In this document: piece by piece, positions 42,021 through 51,549 of the stretch
Position numbering within the stretch: the stretch's first letter is position 1
Layout of the letters: each line of letters opens with the position of its first letter
Origin: Burkholderiales bacterium
GTDB taxonomy: Bacteria > Pseudomonadota > Gammaproteobacteria > Burkholderiales > Burkholderiaceae_C
DNA length: 64,000 bases
Direction: 5' to 3'
NCBI GenBank assembly: GCA_016219375.1
Contig: JACRNC010000016.1
Coordinates: 218,006-282,005, forward strand
Program-made: the position numbers and the translations under genes
The notes under the pieces: model-generated
Told to the model about the DNA's origin: nothing
Database searches by the model: none
What the model saw: only the letters and a program-made list of their open reading frames with translations

Positions 42021-43673
42021 TCAGCGCGCGGCGGCGACCCGGGCGCCTGCGGCACCGGGCTCGGCGGCGCCATAGGCTGTCGGCGGGCCGATCCAGCCGC
42101 CCAGGCGGAAGGCGTGCACCTCGGCCGTGCGATCGGGGCCGACACGGATGATGGCCGGCGGGATGCGCTCGACACGGGCGAAGTGCTCCAGCACATGGCG
42201 CGGCTCGCCGTCACGGGCCAGCAGCACGATGGGCTGGCCGGGCCGCGGCGCGAAGCGCGTGGTGAGCTCGTAGTGGTCGCGCACGCCGCCTTCCGGGTTC
42301 CAGGCCACCGGGCGCACATTGAGCGCGCGCCACTGGTAGGCCGCCTCGGTCAGCAGCAGCCGGTCATCGGACAGCACGATGGTGCCGGGCTGCGCCAGCT
42401 CCGGCAGCCGCGTCTGCAGGTCGGCAAAGGCCCGGTCCCAGCCGCGCATGCGCACGAAGACGTCCAGCCGGCTGGGCAGCGTGGCGCCGCTGGCGCGGGC
42501 CAGGTCGGGCAGGTGAGCCACCAGCAGGGTCAGCGCCAGGTTGCTGCCCACCAGCACCGCCAGTGCGCGCCGGCGCAGGCCCGCCGCCGGCATCAGCGCC
42601 ACCACGGCCAGCAGCACGCTGCCCACATGGGCCGGCGCAGCCCAGTTGATGTGCGCGCTGGCGCGGAAGGCCTGCAGCACCGCCACGCCCAGCAGCGGCA
42701 GCGTCAGCGCCAGCAGGTAGGCGGCGGCGCCGGGTGGGAGGTGCTCCGCACCATCTCGTGCCGCGTCATGTGCTGCGCTCCGGTCAGCGCCCTGTGCCGG
42801 GATGCTTCGCGCAACCGCCCGGGATGCCCCGCGCAGCCGCCGCACACCGGCCAGCGCATACCAGGCGCCCACCGGCCCCAGGATGGCCGCCTGGCCGGCG
42901 ATGAACTCCAGCGCCGCAGCCAGCCCGCCGCCCCGGCTGGAGCGCGTGGTGATGTCGGCCGTGTGCTGCAGCGTGGGGAATCCCATCTGCGCGTTCCACC
43001 ACAGGTTGGGGGCGATCAGCGCCAGGGCGATGGCCGCGGCCAGCCAGGGCCCGGGGCGCAGCAGGCCGCGGCGCGGGCCGGGCACGGCCCACAAGGCGAT
43101 CAGGGCAGTCAGCGCAAAGGCGGCCGCCGTGTACTTGGCCAGCAGGCCCAGGCCCGCAGCCACGCCCAGCAGCGCCCACGAGCGCAGGCGGTCGGTGGTC
43201 TGCGCCCGCCACAGCGCCCAGGCTGCCAGCGCCCAGGTGAGTAGCAGCGGCGCATCGGTGGTGGCGAACAGGCCCAGCAGCCCGCTGATGGGCAGGCTGA
43301 TGAAGATCAGTGCCGCCACCGGCCCGCTGCCCGGGCGCAGGTCCGCGGCCAGGCGGCCGATCAGCAGCGCGGTGAGCGGGTACAGCAGCATGATCAGCAG
43401 GCGCACGCCCAGCACGCTGTCGCCGAAGACGGCAGTGGACGCCCCGATCAACCAGGCCACCAGCGGCGGCTTGGAGTAGTAGCCCCAGGCCGGCTCGCGC
43501 GACCAGTCCCAGTACTGGGCCTCGTCGTAGAACAGCGTCATGCCGCTGTGCGGGATGAACCACACGTGCCAGGCCAGCAGGCCCAGCATCACGGCGGCCG
43601 CGGCTGCGGTGACGGACCCGGTGCCCGGGTGAGCCTGGCGCGCGCCGGCCGGCGCCGATGCCGTGCCCGTCAT
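42021..43673 (-). CDS. ArnT-like polyprenyl-phosphate-sugar-dependent glycosyltransferase (GT39/GT83 type)
   Basis: 550 aa, about 10 or more TM segments. N-terminal YDEAQYWDWSREPAWGYYSKPPLVAWL motif, soluble C-terminal domain. Confidence 0.8.
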   Translation of the reverse strand: MTGTASAPAGARQAHPGTGSVTAAAAAVMLGLLAWHVWFIPHSGMTLFYDEAQYWDWSREPAWGYYSKPPLVAWLIGASTAVFGDSVLGVRLLIMLLYPLTALLIGRLAADLRPGSGPVAALIFISLPISGLLGLFATTDAPLLLTWALAAWALWRAQTTDRLRSWALLGVAAGLGLLAKYTAAAFALTALIALWAVPGPRRGLLRPGPWLAAAIALALIAPNLWWNAQMGFPTLQHTADITTRSSRGGGLAAALEFIAGQAAILGPVGAWYALAGVRRLRGASRAVARSIPAQGADRSAAHDAARDGAEHLPPGAAAYLLALTLPLLGVAVLQAFRASAHINWAAPAHVGSVLLAVVALMPAAGLRRRALAVLVGSNLALTLLVAHLPDLARASGATLPSRLDVFVRMRGWDRAFADLQTRLPELAQPGTIVLSDDRLLLTEAAYQWRALNVRPVAWNPEGGVRDHYELTTRFAPRPGQPIVLLARDGEPRHVLEHFARVERIPPAIIRVGPDRTAEVHAFRLGGWIGPPTAYGAAEPGAAGARVAAAR

Positions 43674-44755
43674 GCCGCCGCGGCGTCCTTGCGGTGCCAG
43701 GCCGCATCAGGCGCCAGGGCCTCGGTGGCGCTGGTGTGATAGGCCGCGGCCGGCTGCTTTTCTCGCGGAGCGTAGTAGATGCGGATCAGCAGCTCGGCCA
43801 GCACGCCGGTGGTCAGCAGCTGCAGCCCGCCCAGCACGCACAGCAGGCCGAAGAACAGCAGCGGGCGGCCGCCGATGTCCTCGCCGAAGAGCTTGAGCCC
43901 GGCCAGGTACATCAGCACCAGGCCGCCGATGCCGGTCAGCCCCAGGCCCAGGCCGCCGAAGAAGTGGCCCGGCCGCGAGGCATAGCGCAGGAAGAAGTGC
44001 ATCGCCAGCAGGTCGACGATGACGCGGAAGGTGCGCGAGATGCCGTACTTGGACGTGCCGTGCAGCCGCGCGTGGTGGCGCACCGGCTCCTCGGCCATGC
44101 GCCGCGGCGAGGTGACGGTGGCCATCCAGCCGGGGATGAAGCGGTGCATCTCCCCGTACAGCCGCACGCGCTTGAGCACGCTGGCGCGGTAGGCCTTGAG
44201 GCTGCAGCCCAGGTCGCGGAAGGGCAGGCCGGTGATGCGGCGGATGATGCGGTTGGCAATCTTGCTGGGCACCTTGCGCAGCACCAGGCCGTCCTGGCGG
44301 TTGACGCGCCAGCCGGCCACCAGGTCCAGGTCGTCGCGCAGCAGGCGATCGACCAGCTTGGGGATGTCGCGCGGGTCGTTCTGCAGGTCGCCGTCCAGCG
44401 TCACGATGACGTCGCCGCGGGCGGCATCGATGCCGGCCTGCATGGCCGCCGTCTGCCGGAAGTTGCGCCACAGCGGCACGATGCGGATGTGCGGGCCGAA
44501 GCGGCGCGAGGCCGCCTCCAGCGCGGCTACGGTGCCGTCGCTGGAGCCGTCGTCCACCACCACCAGTTCCCACTCGCAGGGGTAGTCGGCCAGCGCGTTC
44601 TGGATGGCCTCGACCATCGCCGGCGCGTTGTCCTCCTCGTTGTACATGGGCACGACCACCGACAGACGGTGGGCCGGCATGGTGCGCGGCATGGGCAGGT
44701 CGAGCTCGATGGGACCGGTCACGGGGGAGAGGGCGGCAGTCATGGTCGTTGGCAA
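43670..44755 (-). CDS. ArnC/GtrB-like family 2 glycosyltransferase (polyprenyl-phosphate glycosyltransferase)
   Basis: LSVVVPMYNEEDN, VVDDGSSDGT and LDGDLQNDP (DxD) motifs, two C-terminal TM helices. 4-nt overlap with the downstream GT39 gene. Confidence 0.8.
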   Translation of the reverse strand: MPTTMTAALSPVTGPIELDLPMPRTMPAHRLSVVVPMYNEEDNAPAMVEAIQNALADYPCEWELVVVDDGSSDGTVAALEAASRRFGPHIRIVPLWRNFRQTAAMQAGIDAARGDVIVTLDGDLQNDPRDIPKLVDRLLRDDLDLVAGWRVNRQDGLVLRKVPSKIANRIIRRITGLPFRDLGCSLKAYRASVLKRVRLYGEMHRFIPGWMATVTSPRRMAEEPVRHHARLHGTSKYGISRTFRVIVDLLAMHFFLRYASRPGHFFGGLGLGLTGIGGLVLMYLAGLKLFGEDIGGRPLLFFGLLCVLGGLQLLTTGVLAELLIRIYYAPREKQPAAAYHTSATEALAPDAAWHRKDAAAA

Positions 44756-44863
44756 GGGGCGCGGTGTGCAGGTGGCGCAGGCGGTAAGCCCGGGGCGCGC
44801 CCAAAAGGCAAACCGCGATTGTCTCAGCGCGGCGCGACCGTGCCCACGGGCAGGGTGGGCGGC

Positions 44864-45832
44864 TCAGCGCTTGCCGCCGGGCAGGGCGCGCAATCCGCAC
44901 AGCACCGCACCGCCCACGGCGCCGGCCAGCAGCGTCAGGTGCCAGACCAGTGCGGCCAGGATCACGCCGGCCGGGGTGGCCGCCCCCATCCCGCCCAGCC
45001 AGGCCACGCCCGCGTGCACGCCGGCCTCGAAGGTGCCGAAACCCGCTGGGCCCTGCACCGGCAGGATGGAAATGAGCTCCGCGCCCACCATGCCGGCCCA
45101 GGCCGGCTCCCAGCCGATGCCTGCGGCGGCCGCAACCAGGGCCATGCCGCCGGCCATCTTCACCGTCCAGTTCAGCAGCGTATAGACCCAGGCCAGCGGA
45201 TGGTGGTGGGCGCGGTCATCGAGCGCCAGGCGCAGCTTGGCCAGGCTGCCGACCAGCTTGCGCCGCCATCCACCGGCCGGCGCCTCGTCTGCCGTCGGCA
45301 GCGCGGTGAAGGCCGGCAGCCGGGACAGGATGGCGCGCGACGCCGGCTCCAGCAGCGCCACGCCGGCCAGCCACAGCAGCACCAGCCCGCCGCGCGCACC
45401 CAGGCCGAACCCCGGCCAGGCCAGTACGGCCAGCAGCGCCAGGACCGCCAGATCCTGCACCCGCATCCACACCCAGGCGGCCACGGCGGTGGCTGTGGGC
45501 GTACCCAGCTCGCGCGCGGCCAGCCAGGGGAAGGCCAGCTCGCCGCTGCGAAAGGGCAGCAGCACGATGGCGCCGTTGTAGAGCAGCATCAGCCGCCACG
45601 CCGCGCGACGCGGCCACCACAGCCCGGCGTGGCGGGCCAGCACCACCTGCATGCGCGCGGCGCGCATGCCGTAGCTCACCAGCAGCGCCACACAGGCCAT
45701 CAGCCAGGTGCCCCAGCCGATTCGCGCCAGCGCCTGCGGCAGGTTGTCCAGCGGCAGCCGCGCCAGCAGCCAGGCCAGCAGCGCCAGGCCCAGGGCCCAG
45801 CCGAGCAGCTTCTTCCAGGGCGGGCGCGTCAT
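44864..45832 (-). CDS. flippase-like / lysylphosphatidylglycerol-synthase TM-domain (UPF0104) membrane protein
   Basis: 322 aa, about 8 TM segments. Composition and length fit UPF0104. 4-nt overlap with the upstream PAP2 gene. Confidence 0.6.
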   Translation of the reverse strand: MTRPPWKKLLGWALGLALLAWLLARLPLDNLPQALARIGWGTWLMACVALLVSYGMRAARMQVVLARHAGLWWPRRAAWRLMLLYNGAIVLLPFRSGELAFPWLAARELGTPTATAVAAWVWMRVQDLAVLALLAVLAWPGFGLGARGGLVLLWLAGVALLEPASRAILSRLPAFTALPTADEAPAGGWRRKLVGSLAKLRLALDDRAHHHPLAWVYTLLNWTVKMAGGMALVAAAAGIGWEPAWAGMVGAELISILPVQGPAGFGTFEAGVHAGVAWLGGMGAATPAGVILAALVWHLTLLAGAVGGAVLCGLRALPGGKR

Positions 45833-46698
45833 GCGTGGCGGGCGGCCGCGGTGCAGCGCGCTTCTTCAGTCAGATGCCAGGCGCGGTGCAGCCCCAAGCC
45901 CAGGGCCGCGATCACCAGCGCCACCTGCGCTGCACGCCCCTGCGGATAGCCCAGCGGCAGCGCCGCGGCGAGGAAGCCGCACAGCAGCAAAGCCGCCGCT
46001 GCCACCCGCTGGCCGTGCCAGCCGGCCACCCAGTCGCTCAGCCCGCTGCGTGCGGCCAGCAGCACCGAGAAGGCGCCGAACAGCCAGCCGAGCGCAGCGC
46101 CGGCCAGCAGATCGCGCGGCCAGTGCACGCCGGCGGCGAGTCTGGACAGCGCCATCGCCACGGCCAGGCCCAGCACCAGCGGCGCGGCCCACTTCGGTAT
46201 GCGGCCATTGCGGCGACTGAGCAGCACCACGGCTGCGGTGGCGAAGGCGCCGGCCGCATGGCCGGAGGGCATGGAGCGCTCCTTCAGTACGTCGCCCAGC
46301 ACGTGGATCTCGCCCGCTGCCAGTACCGCCGGCGGGCGCGGCGCGGCAAAAGCGCCCTTGAGCGCATCCACGCCCAGCCCGCCCAGCAGCAGCACGATCA
46401 GGCCGGCGGCGGCCCAGTCCGGCCGGCGGCGGGCCCCCAGCAGGAAGAGGATCAGCAGGCCCAGCGCACGGCCGACCAGCGACAGGCTGGACCACCACAC
46501 CGCCAGCGCCGGTTGCGGCGCGCCGCCGTCGCCCCGCCCCAGCAGCAGGGCATTGGCTTGCAGCAGCAGCGGCCGGTCCAGCCCGTGGGCGGCCACCCAG
46601 CCGGCCGCCAGCAGCAGGGCCAGCGGCAGCGCCAGCCAGGCGAGCCCATGCCGGGCCCAGAAGCGCCAGGGGCGGCGGACGGTGGAGAGATCGGTCAC
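45829..46698 (-). CDS. PAP2-family phosphatase
   Basis: GTG 46698 (VTDLSTVRRPWRFW...) is the likely start. PAP2 motifs KGAFAAPRP, SMPSGHAA and SRLAAGVHWPRD. Confidence 0.7.
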   Translation of the reverse strand: MTDLSTVRRPWRFWARHGLAWLALPLALLLAAGWVAAHGLDRPLLLQANALLLGRGDGGAPQPALAVWWSSLSLVGRALGLLILFLLGARRRPDWAAAGLIVLLLGGLGVDALKGAFAAPRPPAVLAAGEIHVLGDVLKERSMPSGHAAGAFATAAVVLLSRRNGRIPKWAAPLVLGLAVAMALSRLAAGVHWPRDLLAGAALGWLFGAFSVLLAARSGLSDWVAGWHGQRVAAAALLLCGFLAAALPLGYPQGRAAQVALVIAALGLGLHRAWHLTEEARCTAAARHA

Positions 46699-46857
46699 GG
46701 CGTACGTGCGGGAACGGAAGGGCGGCCGGATGACGGCCCGCTTGCGCGGCAGGGCGGCCTGCCGGGATCGCGAGGCGGGCCTCGATGTTCTGGCCAGGGC
46801 CGGCTGCAAGGCATGAGAGCAAGCCACACGAGCACGGCACAAGAGCTGGGCCGGGAA

Positions 46858-46883
46858 CAAGGCCAACGAGCAAGGCCAACGAG
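46858..46883. repeat. 13-bp tandem duplication (CAAGGCCAACGAG x2)
   Basis: Perfect direct duplication in the 395-bp spacer between the PAP2 operon and rraA. Confidence 0.8.
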
Positions 46884-47093
46884 CCGGAGCTTTCAGGATG
46901 TGCCGCCAGAGGCCGGGCACTGTAGCGGATACCGATGGGCCGGCCACGGCCGCCGCACCGGGCGAACGGTCACGGGGTGGAGGCGCCCGGGGCTGCGCGA
47001 CACAATCGCCCATCCTCTCCCCCCAACCCTGCAGCGCGCTGCGGCCGAACGCCCCGCGCGCCCTTCATCGACCCGTCATCCGCGACTTCAGCC

Positions 47094-47600
47094 ATGACCC
47101 AAGCCCCTGCCACCTTCGCCACCTGCGACTTCTGCGACGAGCACAAGAACGATACCGACGGCGCCTTCCGCGTGCTGCCGCCGGTGTTCCGCGACTTCGG
47201 CGCCCGCCGGGTCTTTGCCGGCCCGGTGGCCACGGTCAAGTGCCATGAGGACAACACCCTGGTCAAGGCCGCGGTGGACAGCCCGGGCAACGGCCGCGTG
47301 CTGGTGGTCGACGGCGGCGGCTCGCTGCGCCGCGCCCTCGTCGGCGGCAACCTGGGCAAGGCCGCGGCCAGGAACGGCTGGGCCGGCGTGATCGTCGACG
47401 GCTGCGTGCGCGACGTGGGCGAGCTGGCCGAGTGCGAGGTCGGCATCCGCGCGCTGGCCTCCATGCCGCTGCCCACCGAAAAGCGCAACCAGGGCCAGGC
47501 CGACGTGCCGGTGCAGATCCAGGGCGTGTGGGTGCGCCCGGGCGACTGGCTCTATGCCGATGCCGACGGCATCGTCGTGTCGGACCGGCCGCTGGCCTGA
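47094..47600 (+). CDS. rraA: RraA-family protein (RNase E regulator / 4-hydroxy-4-methyl-2-oxoglutarate aldolase fold)
   Basis: ATG 47094. TCDFCDE..., [20 protein letters not shown] and [13 protein letters not shown] motifs. Confidence 0.85.
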   Translation: MTQAPATFATCDFCDEHKNDTDGAFRVLPPVFRDFGARRVFAGPVATVKCHEDNTLVKAAVDSPGNGRVLVVDGGGSLRRALVGGNLGKAAARNGWAGVIVDGCVRDVGELAECEVGIRALASMPLPTEKRNQGQADVPVQIQGVWVRPGDWLYADADGIVVSDRPLA

Positions 47601-47687
47601 CACCCGGCCCACGCGGCAGCAACCGGGCCCGCCGCTTTGGCCGCCTCACCCAGCACTTGACCGCCGGTCACCCAGCAGCCGCCCGCG

Positions 47688-48224
47688 ATGAACCGCGACA
47701 CCACCCACCCAGCCGCTGCCGCGCAGCCGGGCGCGCCCACGGCCGCGCTGCCGGACCTGGCCACCCTGCCGCTGCTGCAGCGCCCGGTGTCGGTGCTGGT
47801 GGCCACGCGTGATGCGACGCACCAGCCGCACGTGGTGCGCGCGCTGGGCCTGCAGGGGCCGCCGCGCAGCGAGCGCATCGCCGTGCTGATCGACGGCGCG
47901 GCGGCCGAGGACACGCTGGCCGATGTGCGCGCCAACCGGCAGGTCGCCGTGGTCTTCTGCGAGCCCAGCACCCACCGCACGGTGCAGATCAAGGGCCGCG
48001 ATGCCCGGCTGGAGCCGGCCGGCCCCCAGGACGCGGCCACCGCGCGCAGCTACATCGGCCGCATGACCGGCGAGATCGGCCTGCTGGGCTTTGCGCCGCA
48101 GATGGTGGAGGCGCTCTTCAGCCACGACCCGGCCGCGCTGCAGGTGCTGAGCTTCACACCGTGCGAAGCCTATGAGCAGACGCCCGGCGCGCATGCGGGC
48201 GAGCCGCTGCCGCCGCAGCCCTGA
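47688..48224 (+). CDS. pyridoxamine 5-prime-phosphate oxidase-like (FMN-binding split-barrel) family protein
   Basis: 178 aa. VSVLVATRDATHQPHVVR...VAVVFCEPSTHRTVQIKG resembles the PNPOx-like split-barrel pattern. Assigned from memory of the fold family. Confidence 0.5.
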   Translation: MNRDTTHPAAAAQPGAPTAALPDLATLPLLQRPVSVLVATRDATHQPHVVRALGLQGPPRSERIAVLIDGAAAEDTLADVRANRQVAVVFCEPSTHRTVQIKGRDARLEPAGPQDAATARSYIGRMTGEIGLLGFAPQMVEALFSHDPAALQVLSFTPCEAYEQTPGAHAGEPLPPQP

Positions 48225-48253
48225 GCCGGACGCACACGCTGCAGTCCCTGCCC

Positions 48254-49708
48254 ATGCCGCTGACGCTGGACGACATCCGCGACTGCCTGGAGGGCGCCAT
48301 CCCCGGCGTCATGGCCACCTGCGCGGCCGACGGCACGCCCAACGTCGCCTACCTGTCGCAGGTGGACTACGTGGATGCGCGGCACGTGGCGCTGTCCTTC
48401 CAGTTCTTCAACAAGACGCGGCGCAACGTGCTGGCCGACCCGCGGGTGGAGATCCTGGTCGCCCATCCCTTGACCGGCGCGCTCTACCGCATCCGCGCCC
48501 GCTACCTGGCAACGCAAACCGAAGGGCCGCTGTTCGAGCGCATGAAGGCCAAGCTCTCGGGCATCGCCTCGCACAGCGGCATGGCCGGTGTGTTCCACCT
48601 GCTCGGTGCGGACCTGTACGAGGTGACGTCCATCGACCACGTGCGCAAGGCCGACCTGCCGGCGCCGGCGCCCGGCGTCAACCGGCTGGCCGCGCTGCGT
48701 CGCTGCACGCAGGCGCTGCAGGGCTGCGGTGATCTGGACAGCCTGCTGGAGGCGCTGCTGGACGGCCTGGCCCGCGAGCTGCACATCGAGCACGCGCTGG
48801 TGCTGGTGCACGATGCCGCCGCACAGCGCCTCTACACCGTGGCCAGCCGCGGCTACGGCCGCTCGGGCGTGGGCTCGGAGATCGGCCTGGGCGAGGGCGT
48901 GATCGGCGTGGCCGCGCGCCAGCGCGTGCCCGTGCGCATCAGCCACCTGACCAGCGAGCAGGCCTATATGCAGGCGGTGCGCAAGCACCTGCCGCCGCAC
49001 CAGCCGGGCGATGCCGGCGCCATGCGCGAGATCCCCTGGCCCGGCCTGGCCGAGCCGCACAGCCAGCTGGCCGTGCCGCTGCTGGCCTGCGGCGAGCTGG
49101 TGGGCGTGCTGTTCGACGAGAGCGAGCAGGACCTGCGCTTCAGCTACGACGACGAGGACGCGCTGGTGGCGCTGGGCGGGCAACTGGCAGCCTGCCTGCG
49201 CCAGCTGCAGGACGGCGAGGCCGCCGATGCGGCGCCGACACCGGGGCAGCCGGCGGAGCCACGTGCACGGCATGGCGTGCCTCAGTGTCCACCGCCGGGG
49301 CCACCGCACGGCACGGCCCACGGCTCACAACAGGGCTCACCGCAAGGCACGCCATCGCCGCCCCCCGCGCAGCCGGCCGCCGCCCCGCTGCACGTGCGCT
49401 ACTACGAGCAGGACGGCAGCGTCTTCTTCGACGGCGACTACATCATCAAGGGCGTGGCCGGCGCCGTGCTCTGGACCCTGCTCAGCGACCACGCGGCCAG
49501 CGGGCGCTGCGAGTTCACCAACCGCGAGCTGCGGCTGGATCCGCGGGTGCGCCTGCCCGACGTGGCCGACAACCTGGAGGCCCGCCTGGTGCTGCTGGCC
49601 CGCCGCCTGGCCGAGCGCGGCGGCCGCGTGCAGCTGGCCAAGGCCGGCCGCGGCCGCCTGCGGCTGGAGGTGGGCCGCCCGCTGCTGCTGCAGGCGCTGG
49701 GCGCTTGA
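48254..49708 (+). CDS. PNPOx-like domain + GAF domain + unassigned C-terminal domain protein
   Basis: 484 aa. N-terminal VMATCAADGTPNVAYLSQV...FFNKTRRNV (PNPOx-like), central GAF-like LVLVHDAAAQRLYTVASRGY...GEGVIGVAA...LAVPLLACGELVGVLF, Pro-rich linker, then a roughly 115-aa C-terminal domain. Confidence 0.65.
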   Translation: MPLTLDDIRDCLEGAIPGVMATCAADGTPNVAYLSQVDYVDARHVALSFQFFNKTRRNVLADPRVEILVAHPLTGALYRIRARYLATQTEGPLFERMKAKLSGIASHSGMAGVFHLLGADLYEVTSIDHVRKADLPAPAPGVNRLAALRRCTQALQGCGDLDSLLEALLDGLARELHIEHALVLVHDAAAQRLYTVASRGYGRSGVGSEIGLGEGVIGVAARQRVPVRISHLTSEQAYMQAVRKHLPPHQPGDAGAMREIPWPGLAEPHSQLAVPLLACGELVGVLFDESEQDLRFSYDDEDALVALGGQLAACLRQLQDGEAADAAPTPGQPAEPRARHGVPQCPPPGPPHGTAHGSQQGSPQGTPSPPPAQPAAAPLHVRYYEQDGSVFFDGDYIIKGVAGAVLWTLLSDHAASGRCEFTNRELRLDPRVRLPDVADNLEARLVLLARRLAERGGRVQLAKAGRGRLRLEVGRPLLLQALGA

Positions 49709-49789
49709 GACGGTGCCAACGAAGCCGCCAGGCCTGCTCGGACACACCGGGTTCATTCACGCCTTCTGAGCCGGCCGCACGCAGTGGCA

Positions 49790-50557
49790 TCAGGCGGCCA
49801 GCAGCGCTGGCTGGGTTGCCGGCTGGAGCGACGGGTCGGTGGCTGCGGTCAGACCCAGGCCGCGCTGCACGCCAGCCCACTGCGCCGCATCCAGCACCTC
49901 GCGCGCCAGGTCCAGCACGGCGGCGAAGGCCGGCGGCGGGGCCTCGGCCTGCATGCCGGCCAGCATGCCCAGGCGCTCGGTGGGGCTCAGCGCCGGCAGC
50001 ATCCAGCGCATGATGAACATCATCTCGGCAGGCTGGATGCCGGCCAGGATCTCGTCATGCACGGCCTTGAGCTCGGCGTCCGAGTAATGCGCCCACAGCA
50101 CGGCGTTGTGGCGGGCCTCCTCCACTTGCATGTGCTCGAAGTTCTCGCCGACGAAGCGCGAGAGCTCCAGGTACAGCCGGTGCAGCGCCCCGGCCCGCAC
50201 CGGGCCCGTGGCTTGCTCCGCGCCGTCGCACAGCGCACGCAGGCCGCTGATGCTGTCGGCATGGTCCTGGTGCTCGCCGGCGACGCGCGAGCTGGCGCCG
50301 CCCACCGCGCGCTCCACGAGCGGGTGCACGTAGTGCTCTTCCTTGGCGATGTGGGCCTCGCAGGCGGCCAGCAGCTCGCGCACCTGGGCCAGGGCGCCGT
50401 CGGCGGATGCACGGTCGTCGGCATCGGCGCGGCCCAGGCGCAGCAGCGTGTCGCTCATCAGGCTGCGCAGCGCCTTGTGGATGAAGGCGTACAGGTCCAT
50501 GCGCGGGGCCTGGGCGGGCGTACCGGGCAGGGTGGGCGGGGTGGGGATGGTGTTCAT
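49790..50557 (-). CDS. hemerythrin (HHE cation-binding) domain protein
   Basis: ATG 50557 preceded by AGGAA. His/Glu spacing FIHKALR...HIAKEEHYVHP...GEHQDH...FEHMQVEE typical of hemerythrin-like domains. Confidence 0.6.
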   Translation of the reverse strand: MNTIPTPPTLPGTPAQAPRMDLYAFIHKALRSLMSDTLLRLGRADADDRASADGALAQVRELLAACEAHIAKEEHYVHPLVERAVGGASSRVAGEHQDHADSISGLRALCDGAEQATGPVRAGALHRLYLELSRFVGENFEHMQVEEARHNAVLWAHYSDAELKAVHDEILAGIQPAEMMFIMRWMLPALSPTERLGMLAGMQAEAPPPAFAAVLDLAREVLDAAQWAGVQRGLGLTAATDPSLQPATQPALLAA

Positions 50558-50765
50558 GGTTCCTCTGCTTTGCTGTTGATGAGTGGGGCAGCGCGATGGC
50601 GTCATCGCGTGCCGTCACTCTAGGAAAGCAGCCCGCCGAGGGTTCGTAAATGAACCCTCACGGAACCTTAAGGCCTCATTAATCCCCCGCCGGAGGGTGG
50701 CCGGCCGAGCAGGGGCGCTCAGGGACGCCAGGGACGCTGAGGGGCCCCCAGCGGCCCGGATGCGC

Positions 50766-51482
50766 TCAGGCGGCCACGACCTCCAGCAGCCGGTCCAGGC
50801 CGCCGCTGTGGATGGCCACCATCGCCTGCTCGCGCACCTTGGGCTTGGCGTGATAGGCCACGCTTAGGCCGGCCGCGCCCATCATCAAGAGGTCGTTGGC
50901 GCCGTCGCCCACGGCAATGGCCTGCGACGGCGGGCAGCCGATGCGCTCGCACAGGGCCAGCAGGTGGGCACGCTTGGCCGCGCCGTCCACGATGTCGCCC
51001 AGCACGCGGCCGGTGAGGCGGCCGCCTTCGATCTCCAGCACGTTGGAGTGGGCCTCGTCCATGCCCAGGCGCTCGCGCACCCGGTCGGCGAAGAAGGTGA
51101 AGCCGCCGGACACCAGCAGCGTGCGCAGGCCCGCAGCCCGCGCCGCGGCCATCAGCTCCTGCGCGCCGGGGTTCAGGCGCAGCCGCTGCTCATAGACCTC
51201 CTGCAGCGCACCGGCCGGCACGCCCTTGAGCAGGGCCACGCGACGGATCAGGCTCTCCTTGAAGTCGGCGATCTCGCCGCGCATGGCCGCCTCGGTGATG
51301 GCCGCCACCTCGGCCTTCTTGCCCACCGCGTCGGCGATCTCGTCGATGCACTCGATGTTGATCAGCGTCGAGTCCATGTCGAAGGCGATGGCGCGGAACT
51401 GCCGCAGCGCAAGCGGCGGCGTGAAGCCCTGGATGAGGAGGCCGGGGGAGACTTCTTGCGGCTGGGCAGACGGGCGGGACAT
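50766..51482 (-). CDS. serB: phosphoserine phosphatase (HAD family)
   Basis: 238 aa. FDMDSTLI (DxDST), VSGGF and GDGANDL motifs. Confidence 0.85.
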   Translation of the reverse strand: MSRPSAQPQEVSPGLLIQGFTPPLALRQFRAIAFDMDSTLINIECIDEIADAVGKKAEVAAITEAAMRGEIADFKESLIRRVALLKGVPAGALQEVYEQRLRLNPGAQELMAAARAAGLRTLLVSGGFTFFADRVRERLGMDEAHSNVLEIEGGRLTGRVLGDIVDGAAKRAHLLALCERIGCPPSQAIAVGDGANDLLMMGAAGLSVAYHAKPKVREQAMVAIHSGGLDRLLEVVAA

Positions 51483-51549
51483 GGACGCAGGGGTCGGGCG
51501 GGCAAAGCCGCGATTATCCGGCGGGGCCTGCTGCCGACCGGCTCGTGAC

